This document shows positions 49,308 to 57,745 of a stretch of 64,000 nt of DNA, piece by piece. Source of the DNA: Candidatus Spongiisociaceae bacterium (GTDB lineage: Bacteria; Actinomycetota; Acidimicrobiia; Spongiisociales; Spongiisociaceae); assembly GCA_965262915.1 (NCBI GenBank), contig OZ253564.1:1312001-1376000 (forward strand), given 5' to 3'. The notes beneath the pieces were generated by a model that was not told the DNA's origin, did no database searches, and worked only from the letters and a program-made list of their open reading frames with translations. Position numbers and translations under genes: made by a program. How positions within the stretch are numbered: position 1 is the stretch's first letter; each line of letters begins with the position of its first letter.

Positions 49308-49329
49308 CATTTACGCGCCTGGGGTGTCT
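49304..49329 (+). promoter_or_regulatory. -35 half of IS110 circle-junction promoter
   Basis: TTGACA, 17 nt, then TCT; joined to left-end AAT it gives TCTAAT. Confidence 0.75.
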
Positions 49330-49345
49330 GACACCTGACACCGAC

Positions 49346-51466
49346 CTACCGGCCACCTCCGGCAGGCGGACTCAATCGACGAGCCCATGCCTGGAGGAGC
49401 CGGTCGAGGATCATGGCCAGAAGCACGATCGCCAGCCCGGCCGCGAAGCCCGACCCCACCGAGTCGCTCCGTCGCAAGCCGCGCACCGTCTCCAAGCCCA
49501 GACCCCCGCCCCCGACCAAGCCGGCGATCACCACCATGGCCAGCACCAGCATCACCGTCTGGTTGATCCCGGCGATGATGGTCGGCATGGCGAGGGGCAG
49601 TTGGATCTTGCGCAGGATCTGGCTCTGGGTGGCGCCGAAGGCACGGGCGGCCTCTGTCGCCTCCGCCGAGACCCGGCGGATTCCAAGGCTGGTCAACCGG
49701 GTGGCGGCGGGGAGCGCGTACAGGACCGAGGCGATTATGCCCGGGATCCTCCCCACGTTGAAGAGAATGATCACGGGAACCAGGATCACGAAGCTGGGGA
49801 TGGTCTGGAGGAAGTCCAGCACCGGCTTGAGCATGCGCTCGAACCGGTTGCTACGGGACGAGAGCACGCCCAGTGGGATCCCGAGGACGATCGCCAGGAT
49901 CACCGCCACTATCACCTGTGCCAGAGTGTCCATCGACAGGGTCCACATACCCAGCAGCCCGAGACCCAGGGCGCATGCTCCGGCGAGCGTAGCCAAGCCG
50001 GGGCCGCCGAACCACCATCCTGCCAGTATGACGGCGATCACCACCACCGGCCACGCCAGGGTGGAGCTGAAGAACTCCCGCAGAGGCGTCACCGCATAGA
50101 TGGTCACGAAGTCGCTGAACGGTCCGGTTCCGATCCACGTCTCGCCGATCTGGTACAGGTTCTTGCCGACCCAGTCGACCAGGCTGTCCACCGGAGCGGC
50201 GAAGGAGAATGTGACAGCCGAAGGGAACTCCGCTCCCTCACGGGTGGTGCCGAACACCACGGCAGCGAGCAGGAGTATTCCCCCCACCACCCGGCGCGGG
50301 TGGCGTTGGAGAGCCGTCTCCTCTCCGGTGCGTCTCGTCGTTCTCGCATCGGCCACCAGCGGATAGGAGACCATCCGCCCGGCTGCGCGGATGATCCGAT
50401 CAGCGCCCTCCAGAACCTCTTCGATCCGCCGGATCCACTGATTACCGAAGTAGCGGTCGGGGAAGATGCGCAGCCGTCCCTTCCCGGATCCGAGTCCGGC
50501 CGCACCGTGCATGAGCCGGTCCATGATGATGGCCAGCACCACTATGGCCAGACCGGCTTCGAGGGCGCGTCCCACGAACAGCCTCCGAAGGGATTCGAGG
50601 ACCACCTGGCCGAGTCCCCCGGCACCGATCAGCGCGGCGATCACGACGATGCTGAGCGCCATCATGATCGTCTGGTTGATACCCGTGAGGATGGTCGGCA
50701 TGGCTTGGGGTAGCTGGACCTTGCGCAGGATCTGGCCCGGGGTAGCTCCGAACATCTCGGCCGCTTCCACCGTCGAGGATTCCACCGAGCGGATTCCCAA
50801 CGTCGTCAAACGGATCACGGGCGGGAGTGCGTAGATCACCGTGGCGATGATGGCCGGAACCCGGGCGATCCCGAACAGGAGCACCACCGGGATCAGATAG
50901 ACGAAGGCCGGAAGGGTCTGCATGGCGTCGAGTAGTGGCCTCAGAGCGCGCTCCACGCGCTCCCGCCGGGCCGCCCATATCGCCAAGGGGATACCGATGG
51001 CGACCGAGATGACGACTGCTACTCCCATCAGGGCAAGGGTCTGGACGCTCTCCTCCCAGAGCCCTACCGACCCGAAGTACATGACGCCCGCCGCGGTGAG
51101 GATCCCCCCCTTGAACCCGAGGATGGACGTGGCCACCATTCCTGTGGCCATCACGATGACGAACCACGGCAGCCAGAGGAGAGCGGCTTCGACCCACCGG
51201 AGGCTGTAGTCGATCGCGTCACTGATCGGATTGAGCACCACCAGGAAGAGCCCGTGGGTTGTCTGGTTGCTGATCACCCAGCGGCGCGCCTGGTTGATCC
51301 ACTCGGCCAGCGGGATTCTCCACTCCTCCGGGAAGGGGCCTACCGTGTTCAGCGAGAGTCCCAGCGTCACCAGAGCCGCCAAGGCCACCAGAAGGAGCCC
51401 GCCGGTCCTGATCCGGCGGCGGCGGTCGAGGTCGAGCCGGGTCTCGACCGCCGCCGCGATGCTCAT
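49346..51466 (-). CDS. proW: Glycine betaine/proline ABC permease with two fused ProW domains
   Basis: Two copies of QT.P.FV.L.P...EAA..FGAT..Q.L.K.QLP...GINQT.M. Confidence 0.85.
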   Translation of the reverse strand: MSIAAAVETRLDLDRRRRIRTGGLLLVALAALVTLGLSLNTVGPFPEEWRIPLAEWINQARRWVISNQTTHGLFLVVLNPISDAIDYSLRWVEAALLWLPWFVIVMATGMVATSILGFKGGILTAAGVMYFGSVGLWEESVQTLALMGVAVVISVAIGIPLAIWAARRERVERALRPLLDAMQTLPAFVYLIPVVLLFGIARVPAIIATVIYALPPVIRLTTLGIRSVESSTVEAAEMFGATPGQILRKVQLPQAMPTILTGINQTIMMALSIVVIAALIGAGGLGQVVLESLRRLFVGRALEAGLAIVVLAIIMDRLMHGAAGLGSGKGRLRIFPDRYFGNQWIRRIEEVLEGADRIIRAAGRMVSYPLVADARTTRRTGEETALQRHPRRVVGGILLLAAVVFGTTREGAEFPSAVTFSFAAPVDSLVDWVGKNLYQIGETWIGTGPFSDFVTIYAVTPLREFFSSTLAWPVVVIAVILAGWWFGGPGLATLAGACALGLGLLGMWTLSMDTLAQVIVAVILAIVLGIPLGVLSSRSNRFERMLKPVLDFLQTIPSFVILVPVIILFNVGRIPGIIASVLYALPAATRLTSLGIRRVSAEATEAARAFGATQSQILRKIQLPLAMPTIIAGINQTVMLVLAMVVIAGLVGGGGLGLETVRGLRRSDSVGSGFAAGLAIVLLAMILDRLLQAWARRLSPPAGGGR

Positions 51467-52500
51467 CTGTCCCGACCGCCCACCAGGGCCGATACCGCTT
51501 TGCGGTCCACCTGCCCCATCAGTGTTCCGTGCTCATCCACGATCCCGATAGGTTCGGGTCCGGTCAGCAGCGAGGGCAGCACGTCTTCGAGGACGGTGTC
51601 GACGGGTACAGAGGTTCGGATCGTCTCGTTGCTCGACAGTGAGCGGAGCACGGTTCGCACTGTGACCACCTTGATCTTGGGAGCGTCCTTGGTGAACTCG
51701 CGCACGTAGTCGTCGGCGGGCGCCGACACGATCTCCTCGGGTGTTCCCAGCTGCATGAACACCCCGTCCTTCATGATGGCGATCCGGTCACCGAGCTTCA
51801 GTGCCTCTTGAAAGTCGTGGGTTATGAAAACCAGTGTCCGGTGCATCTCTGCCTGTAGGGAAAGCAACTCGTCCTGCATGTCTCGTCGGATGAGCGGGTC
51901 CAGGGCCGAGAAGGGCTCGTCGAAGAACAGGATCTCGGGTTCCACGCACAGCGCGCGGGCGAGGCCGACACGTTGTTGCATGCCACCGGACAGCTGCTGT
52001 GGATAATGGTCGCTCCACGCCTCGAGTCCTACCGACCCCAGCACCTCGAAGGCCCTCTCGTACCGCTCGGCCTTCGGTACGCCCTGTACCTCGAGACCGA
52101 ACGCCACGTTGTCGAGCACGCGCCGATGGGGGAACAGGCCGAAGTGCTGAAACACCATCGACATCCTGCGTCTGCGGAGTTCACGCAGGTCGTCGTCGTC
52201 GAGGTCACCGATCACCACTCCGTCTATGCGCACCTCTCCGTCCGTCGGTTCGACCAGGCGCGACAAGCACCGGATCAGGGTCGACTTGCCCGATCCCGAG
52301 AGGCCCATGACGACGAAGGTCTCCCCCCTACGGACGCTGAAGGATACGTCTCGGACGGCTACGACACATCCGGTCTCGTCGAGGATCTCCTGGCTGGTTC
52401 CGCCCACGTCCGCGAGCGACCGGGCCCGGCCCCGATCGTCACCGAATATCTTCCAGACGCCCCCGCACTCGATGGGTGGATTGTCTCTACGTGCTGTCAA
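51463..52500 (-). CDS. proV: Glycine betaine/proline ABC ATPase
   Basis: GLSGSGKS, LSGGMQQRVGLARA and DEPFSALDPLIR. Confidence 0.9.
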   Translation of the reverse strand: MTARRDNPPIECGGVWKIFGDDRGRARSLADVGGTSQEILDETGCVVAVRDVSFSVRRGETFVVMGLSGSGKSTLIRCLSRLVEPTDGEVRIDGVVIGDLDDDDLRELRRRRMSMVFQHFGLFPHRRVLDNVAFGLEVQGVPKAERYERAFEVLGSVGLEAWSDHYPQQLSGGMQQRVGLARALCVEPEILFFDEPFSALDPLIRRDMQDELLSLQAEMHRTLVFITHDFQEALKLGDRIAIMKDGVFMQLGTPEEIVSAPADDYVREFTKDAPKIKVVTVRTVLRSLSSNETIRTSVPVDTVLEDVLPSLLTGPEPIGIVDEHGTLMGQVDRKAVSALVGGRDR

Positions 52501-52693
52501 GTCCGCGCCGATCCTGCCTCGCTGCCGGTAAGGCCAGAATAATCAGTTAGGACCGTAACAATCAGGTACGACCACATGAGAGTACGGCTCCACGGGACTA
52601 GACGGAGACTACCGATTACGATGAGGTCGACGCTGATGCCTCCCCGGCATTCCGCGCCACTACCGAAGAGAAGGCTCTTCAGGGAGGAAGACG

Positions 52694-53638
52694 ATGATAA
52701 GAAGGATTACCCCACCTTTGGTGGCGGTGGCACTGATTCTGGCTGCGTGTGCGGGTGATTCCGCTCAAGGTGATCTTGAAACAGTACGGCTCGCGGTTAA
52801 CCCGTGGACCGGTTCTGCCGTCAATGTCGAGGTGGCGAAACAACTACTCGAAGGTGAGTTGGGTTACACGGTGGAAACCGTAGACATCGATGAGAATGCT
52901 CAGTGGACCGCCCTCAACACCGGGGATCTCCATGCTTCCCTGGAGGTCTGGCCGTCAGGTCATGGTGGCAACATCGCGGACTACATAGACAACCCGGACG
53001 GGAACGTGGCCGGTATCGGTCTCTTGGGTCCGGTGGGGAAGATCGGATGGTTCACCCCTACTTTCGTGGTTGACCAGTATCCGGCCGCGGCGACCTGGGA
53101 GGGATTCCTTGATCCGGCGCTGGCCGGAATGTTCGCCAGCGCCGAGACGGGGGACAAGGGTCAGTTCCTGGGTGGTGATCCGAGTTGGGTTCAGTACGAC
53201 GACGACATCATCGCCAACCTGGGTTTGAACCTCGAGGTGGTGTGGGCCGGATCCGAGGAGGCGATCCTGGCGGCGATCGATGCTTCGGTGTCCCGAGGGG
53301 AGCCGGTCCTCGTGTACTTCTGGACTCCGCACTCGGCGTTCAATGCCTACGACCTGACCGAGGTCCAGCTGCCGGAGTACTCGGATGGGTGCTACGCGAC
53401 GGCGGATGCCGATGGGGTGGACTGCGCGTACCCGGCCGACGACCTGTTGAAAATCGCTTGGGAGGGGCTGGAGGAGGCTGCGCCCAACGCGTGGGCATTG
53501 CTCAGCAACATGAGCTACACCACTGCCGATCAGATCTCCATGCTGGCCGCGGTGGAGTCCGATGGTAAGAGCTTCGAGCAGGCGGCTTCGGAGTGGATCG
53601 CTGCCAACGAAGCGACCTGGAGTGCCTGGTTGCCATAG
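52694..53638 (+). CDS. proX: Glycine betaine ABC substrate-binding lipoprotein
   Basis: Lipobox LAAC; NPW, LEVW, PSW and FWTPH aromatic-cage residues. Confidence 0.85.
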   Translation: MIRRITPPLVAVALILAACAGDSAQGDLETVRLAVNPWTGSAVNVEVAKQLLEGELGYTVETVDIDENAQWTALNTGDLHASLEVWPSGHGGNIADYIDNPDGNVAGIGLLGPVGKIGWFTPTFVVDQYPAAATWEGFLDPALAGMFASAETGDKGQFLGGDPSWVQYDDDIIANLGLNLEVVWAGSEEAILAAIDASVSRGEPVLVYFWTPHSAFNAYDLTEVQLPEYSDGCYATADADGVDCAYPADDLLKIAWEGLEEAAPNAWALLSNMSYTTADQISMLAAVESDGKSFEQAASEWIAANEATWSAWLP

Positions 53639-53721
53639 GCCGACGGTTCAGTCACATACGTACTGGAAGGGCCGGGTGCGATGCACCCGGCCCTCTCCTT
53701 GATCGGCTACAAATGCTTCTC

Positions 53722-54567
53722 CTAGCTTGATCCAACCTCCACGGGCACGCCGACCAGCGACCCGTATTCGGTCCAGGAGCCGTCGTAGTTCTTGACCCCT
53801 TGGTAGCCGAGAAGTTGGGTGAGCACGAACCATGTGTGGGCGGATCGCTCTCCGATACGGCAGTAGGCGATCACATCCGCACCCGGCGCTACGCCTTCGC
53901 CGTGGTAGAGCGCCTCCAGTTCGTCCCGGGACCTGAAGCTCCCGTCCTCCTGAGCAGCCTTTATCCATGGAATGTTGCGGGCCCCCGGCACGTGTCCCCC
54001 CACGTAGGGCTGTTCCTGCGGAAGATGGTCCGGCGCCAGCTTCTCGCCTGTGAACTCCTCCGGGGATCGAACGTCGACGTATGTCGCATCTCCCAACCTT
54101 CCGAGCACCTCGTTACGAAAGGCGCGCAGCTCGGGGCGATCCTCGCTGTCGATCGTCAAGTCGGTGGGCTCGTAGGTGGGGACCTCGGTCGTCTTCGGGC
54201 GTGCCTCGATGTTCCACTTGAGGCGTCCGCCGTTCAGCAGCTTGGCGTTGTCGAAACCGCGATACCGGAGCAACCAGTACCCGTAGGCGGCGAACCAGTT
54301 GTTGTTTCCTCCGTAGAGGACGACGGTGGTGTCGCGGCCGACGCCTGCTCGGGCGAGCAGGGATCCAAGGCCGTCGCGGTCCAGGTAGTCACGCCGTACC
54401 GGATGCTGGAGATCGGTGGACCAATCCCAGGCGACCGCGCCGCGTATATGGCCCCTGCCGTATGCTGAGACATCCTCGTCCACCTCGATGATCCGGATGG
54501 TCGGGTTGTTGAGATTCGCCTCGAGCCAATCGGTCGAGACGAGTGCGTCGGGGTTGAAGTAACCCAT
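53722..54567 (-). CDS. Thiosulfate sulfurtransferase (two-domain rhodanese)
   Basis: YCRIGERS active loop and YDGSWTEY motif. Confidence 0.92.
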   Translation of the reverse strand: MGYFNPDALVSTDWLEANLNNPTIRIIEVDEDVSAYGRGHIRGAVAWDWSTDLQHPVRRDYLDRDGLGSLLARAGVGRDTTVVLYGGNNNWFAAYGYWLLRYRGFDNAKLLNGGRLKWNIEARPKTTEVPTYEPTDLTIDSEDRPELRAFRNEVLGRLGDATYVDVRSPEEFTGEKLAPDHLPQEQPYVGGHVPGARNIPWIKAAQEDGSFRSRDELEALYHGEGVAPGADVIAYCRIGERSAHTWFVLTQLLGYQGVKNYDGSWTEYGSLVGVPVEVGSS

Positions 54568-54930
54568 GTGTCTGCTCCTTCTGATCTTGAGAACCTGATC
54601 CGGGAGAGACGCTGTTGGCTCTGAAGCTCTCGGTCGGGGGCGTCTCAGGGGCGAGGACGGCGGTCTGCGCCCGGTTTCTCCAACCGAGAGCGTGTACACG
54701 TAGCCCGACACGAAGAAGGCATGACGAGGTGCGCGTCCGCGACGCCACCAGGGGCGTGACCCCGGTGCACGACTATCGACGAAACCAACCCTGCGCTCCT
54801 CGTCTCTGCTGATCGGAGCGGTCGCCGACCGGTTGGCAGTACCCGACGAGCGGGTTGCCCGGCCCGGCTCGCTCCGCGATCTGCCACGTTATGAGCGGTG
54901 CGGGTGGATTGTCAACAGAGCGGTGCGGTA

Positions 54931-55293
54931 TCAGGCGGTGGCGGGCTCCATCATCCCGAACTCGTTGCCGCCCGGTTCCCGGATCCGGACCCAGCGTCCC
55001 ACTCCGGGGATCTCCATGATGTCGGCGGTGCGGATGCCTCCGGCGTTCTCGCAGATCGCGATGGCTCCTTCGAGGTCGGCCACCTCAACCGTGTTCATCG
55101 TGTGCGGCTCCTCACCCTCCTGGGCCGGACCGATGGCTCCGTTGATGCCCGGCTCCTCTTCTCCCGTGGTGGCCAGCCAGTAGTGGAACTCCCCCCAGCG
55201 GTTGAAGCTCCAGCCGAGGGCTTCCTCGAAGAACGCCACCGATGCGGCCGGATCGGACGAGTAGAACTCGAAGTGGATGGGGCGGGCTCCCAT
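54931..55293 (-). CDS. VOC/glyoxalase family protein
   Basis: HFEF, GINGAI, IPGVG and EPGGNEFG motifs. Confidence 0.85.
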   Translation of the reverse strand: MGARPIHFEFYSSDPAASVAFFEEALGWSFNRWGEFHYWLATTGEEEPGINGAIGPAQEGEEPHTMNTVEVADLEGAIAICENAGGIRTADIMEIPGVGRWVRIREPGGNEFGMMEPATA

Positions 55294-55377
55294 GGACTTT
55301 CCCTCCGTCGGCCATGATTTTCCCGCTCCAGGCTATACGTGCCCGCGTTCATGTGGTATGTTGATACCCAATACAAC

Positions 55378-55431
55378 AGCGCCGATTTGACGAAGTCAGC
55401 TTGCGGGCGCTCTACAAGACCAGCTAAAGCG
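55378..55431 (+). ncRNA. SAM-II (SAM-alpha)-type riboswitch
   Basis: AGCGCC-GATTTG...GCTTGC-GGGCGCT...CAAG...GCTAAAG matches the SAM-II pseudoknot layout; lies upstream of a methionine-synthesis gene. Confidence 0.75.
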
Positions 55432-55460
55432 ATCGAGCGTGTATAGGCAATATGCAGCAC

Positions 55461-55488
55461 GGGGCCGCCGAAGCCGGCGGCCCTTCAT
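55461..55488 (+). terminator. GC-rich hairpin in riboswitch leader
   Basis: GGGCCGCCG-aagc-CGGCGGCCC followed by only TTCAT. Confidence 0.4.
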
Positions 55489-55535
55489 CGTGGGCCCTTG
55501 TCGAGCACCGGCATCCTGACGCAGCGGGAGGAGCC

Positions 55536-56561
55536 GTGCTCGTACCATACCCGGGAACCACCACCCTCTTCGCCCGACTCCTCGCGGAGATGCCCGTACT
55601 GGTCGCCGACGGAGGGTTGGGTACCTCCCTGTTCAGGTTGGGGATGGCGCCCGGCGCATGCCCTGAACTGCTGAACGTCGACTGTCCCGAACTGGTCATG
55701 GAGGCGCACGGGGGTTTCCTCGAGGCCGGGAGCGACATCGTTCTCACCAACACCTTCGGAGCCAACCGGCGCCGGCTCGCGTTGCATAGGCTCGAAGACC
55801 GGGTGGCGGAACTGAATCTGGCGGCGGTCGGGCTGGTAAGACGGCTGGCCGCTCGTTTCGACCGTCCCATCGTGGTGGCCGGTAGCGTGGGACCTACGGG
55901 AGACCTGCTGGCGCCGCTCGGAAACCTCGAGCACCGGACCGCGGTGGAAGTGTTCGCCGAGCAGATCGACGCCCTGGTAAGCAGCGGCGTCGATGTGATC
56001 TGGATCGAGACCCTGTCGAGTCGGGAAGAACTGGAGGCAGCCTACGAGGCGGCCCGGCCATCGGGGATTCCGGTCGTGGTCACGATGAGCTTCGATACCC
56101 ACGGGAAGACGATGATGGGCTTCGGACCTGACGACTTCGCTGCCTGGAGCCGGGACCAGACTGTGTTCCCCGCCGCAATAGGGGCCAACTGCGGGGTGGG
56201 TGCGGGCGATGTTGTGCTCGCTGTCCGGGAGATGGCCGAGGCGCGCCCGGGAGCGGCGATCGTCGCCAAGGCCAATTGCGGCTTGCCCGCCTACACCGAG
56301 GGCCATCTCGCCTATCCCCACGGGCCCGAGACGATGCCCGACTACGTGGAGTTGGCCCTCAGAGCCGGAGCGCGGTTGATCGGGGCATGCTGTGGGAGCG
56401 GCCCGCGTCACATAGCCGCCATAAGGGAGGCGGTCGACTGCCGGCGTTCCCCACGTCGGGTGACCCGCGAGGAGATCACCCGCCGCCTCTCGATGGTTCC
56501 GCGCCCGCAACCGCGTACCTCCCGATCCCGCTCTCGCCGATCGCGCCGGAGGCGCGCCTGA
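55536..56561 (+). CDS. Homocysteine S-methyltransferase (Bmt / MetH N-terminal-domain type)
   Basis: DGGLGT, TNTFG, GSVGP, IET, GANCG and GACCG motifs; GGAGGAG RBS before GTG 55536. Confidence 0.88.
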   Translation: MLVPYPGTTTLFARLLAEMPVLVADGGLGTSLFRLGMAPGACPELLNVDCPELVMEAHGGFLEAGSDIVLTNTFGANRRRLALHRLEDRVAELNLAAVGLVRRLAARFDRPIVVAGSVGPTGDLLAPLGNLEHRTAVEVFAEQIDALVSSGVDVIWIETLSSREELEAAYEAARPSGIPVVVTMSFDTHGKTMMGFGPDDFAAWSRDQTVFPAAIGANCGVGAGDVVLAVREMAEARPGAAIVAKANCGLPAYTEGHLAYPHGPETMPDYVELALRAGARLIGACCGSGPRHIAAIREAVDCRRSPRRVTREEITRRLSMVPRPQPRTSRSRSRRSRRRRA

Positions 56562-56633
56562 CACATGGGTCCTCCGATGCCCGAGTGTTGCACAGCCGGC
56601 TACCGGCTTTTCCTGCCGGCTACCGGCAACCGT

Positions 56634-57290
56634 TCACCGGTCGGCGAGTCGGGTAAGGCTGAATCCGTCGCCGATCGGGACGAGGACCGTCTCGGTGCGG
56701 GGGTCGGCTTGCAGATGGCGGGCGAAGGCGGTCAGCGCCTCGGCGTCCGGGTCCGGTTCCGGATCGACGACGCGGCCGTTCAGGAACAGATTGTCGGCGA
56801 TGAGGACCCCGGTGGGAGTAAGGCGTCGGACCAGTTCCTCGTAGTAGAGGGTGTAGTTCCCCTTGTCGGCGTCGACGAACCCCAGATCCACCGACCTGGT
56901 CTCCGGGAGCGCCCGCAGCGTTTCTATCGCCGGGGCGATACGGAGGTCGATACGGTCCGCCACCCCTGCTCTCTTCCAGTAACGGCGGGCAACCGAGGTG
57001 AACTCATCGCTGATATCGCAGCAAAGGAGCCGGCCGCCCTCCGGAAGGGCGCGGGCCATGGCAAGGCCGGACAGTCCGGTGAAGGTGCCGACCTCCACGA
57101 CGAATCGGGCCCGGACCAGCCGCACCATGAATTCGAGAAAGGCTGCCTGCTCGATGCCCACCTGCATGGTCCGGATCCGTCCCATGGCGGCCGTCTCGCT
57201 CACCAACTCGTCGATCAAGGGGTCGGTAGGGGGGTTGTGGGCGATCATGTAGTCGTAGATCGCCTGTGGTAGGTGTGGGTTCTGGCTCAT
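56634..57290 (-). CDS. Class I O-methyltransferase (Methyltransf_3)
   Basis: EVGTFTGLS, FVDADK, ADN and IGDG motifs. Confidence 0.9.
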   Translation of the reverse strand: MSQNPHLPQAIYDYMIAHNPPTDPLIDELVSETAAMGRIRTMQVGIEQAAFLEFMVRLVRARFVVEVGTFTGLSGLAMARALPEGGRLLCCDISDEFTSVARRYWKRAGVADRIDLRIAPAIETLRALPETRSVDLGFVDADKGNYTLYYEELVRRLTPTGVLIADNLFLNGRVVDPEPDPDAEALTAFARHLQADPRTETVLVPIGDGFSLTRLADR

Positions 57291-57304
57291 GCTGCGAAAC
57301 CTAG

Positions 57305-57349
57305 CGGTCTGTCTGTGAAATGGCGTCAAGTTGTCTTGCAGGCAGACCA
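57305..57349. mobile_element. 45-bp minimal TIR element bracketed by CTAG
   Basis: CTAG-CGGTCTGTCTG...CAGGCAGACCA-CTAG. Confidence 0.55.
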
Positions 57350-57353
57350 CTAG

Positions 57354-57580
57354 CCTCAATTATTAGCGGTGATTGGTGGCGGGGGTGAGTGTTTGACGCG
57401 GGGGTGCCCTTCTGACGTACGATTATGGGTGGTGAAAAGCAGTTCCATGATCGTGTCAGGAGGGCACCCGCATAGTGAAAGGTAGCGGTACGGTGAACCG
57501 TACCGGGTCAACCTCAACCACCCCCCGCACCTCCACACACCCCAAACACCAACTCTCAAGCCTCTCCAACCCATGAAGAT
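57354..57580 (+). mobile_element. Internally deleted IS1380 derivative
   Basis: Matches the IS1380 left end (TTTGAC...GCCCTTCTGAC...CGATTATGGG...TCAGGAGGGCACCCG) and right end (CCAACCCATGAAGA); 14-bp tandem duplication at 57573-57600. Confidence 0.75.
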
Positions 57581-57745
57581 GCTCCTATGAAGATGCTCCT
57601 ATGGTTGTCAAATCGACGGTGGGGCCGCCTCGTGGGTGTGGAGCCACCTCTGGTAGCGGGTGGCGCGTTGGTGGTTGTGGTCGCGGCCGAGCTCGAGTGC
57701 GGAGATGCGGCCGGGATCCGGTCTCGGTGTTAGGAGAGTGGCCTC

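Larger units (their letters stand above)
47847..49329 (+). mobile_element. IS110-family element (IS110/IS621 type, no TIRs, CT core)
   Basis: CT at 47845-46 and 49328-29; removing the element restores the heptamer array; long left non-coding end. Confidence 0.9.

Noticed and set aside
49100-50713. Long overlapping ORFs (also 15302-16906, 36626-38002, 55485-56564)
   Set aside because: Antisense or alternate-frame shadows typical of high-GC coding DNA; no recognisable motifs.
52501-52693. Riboswitch between proV and proX
   Set aside because: No recognisable aptamer consensus; only short hairpins.
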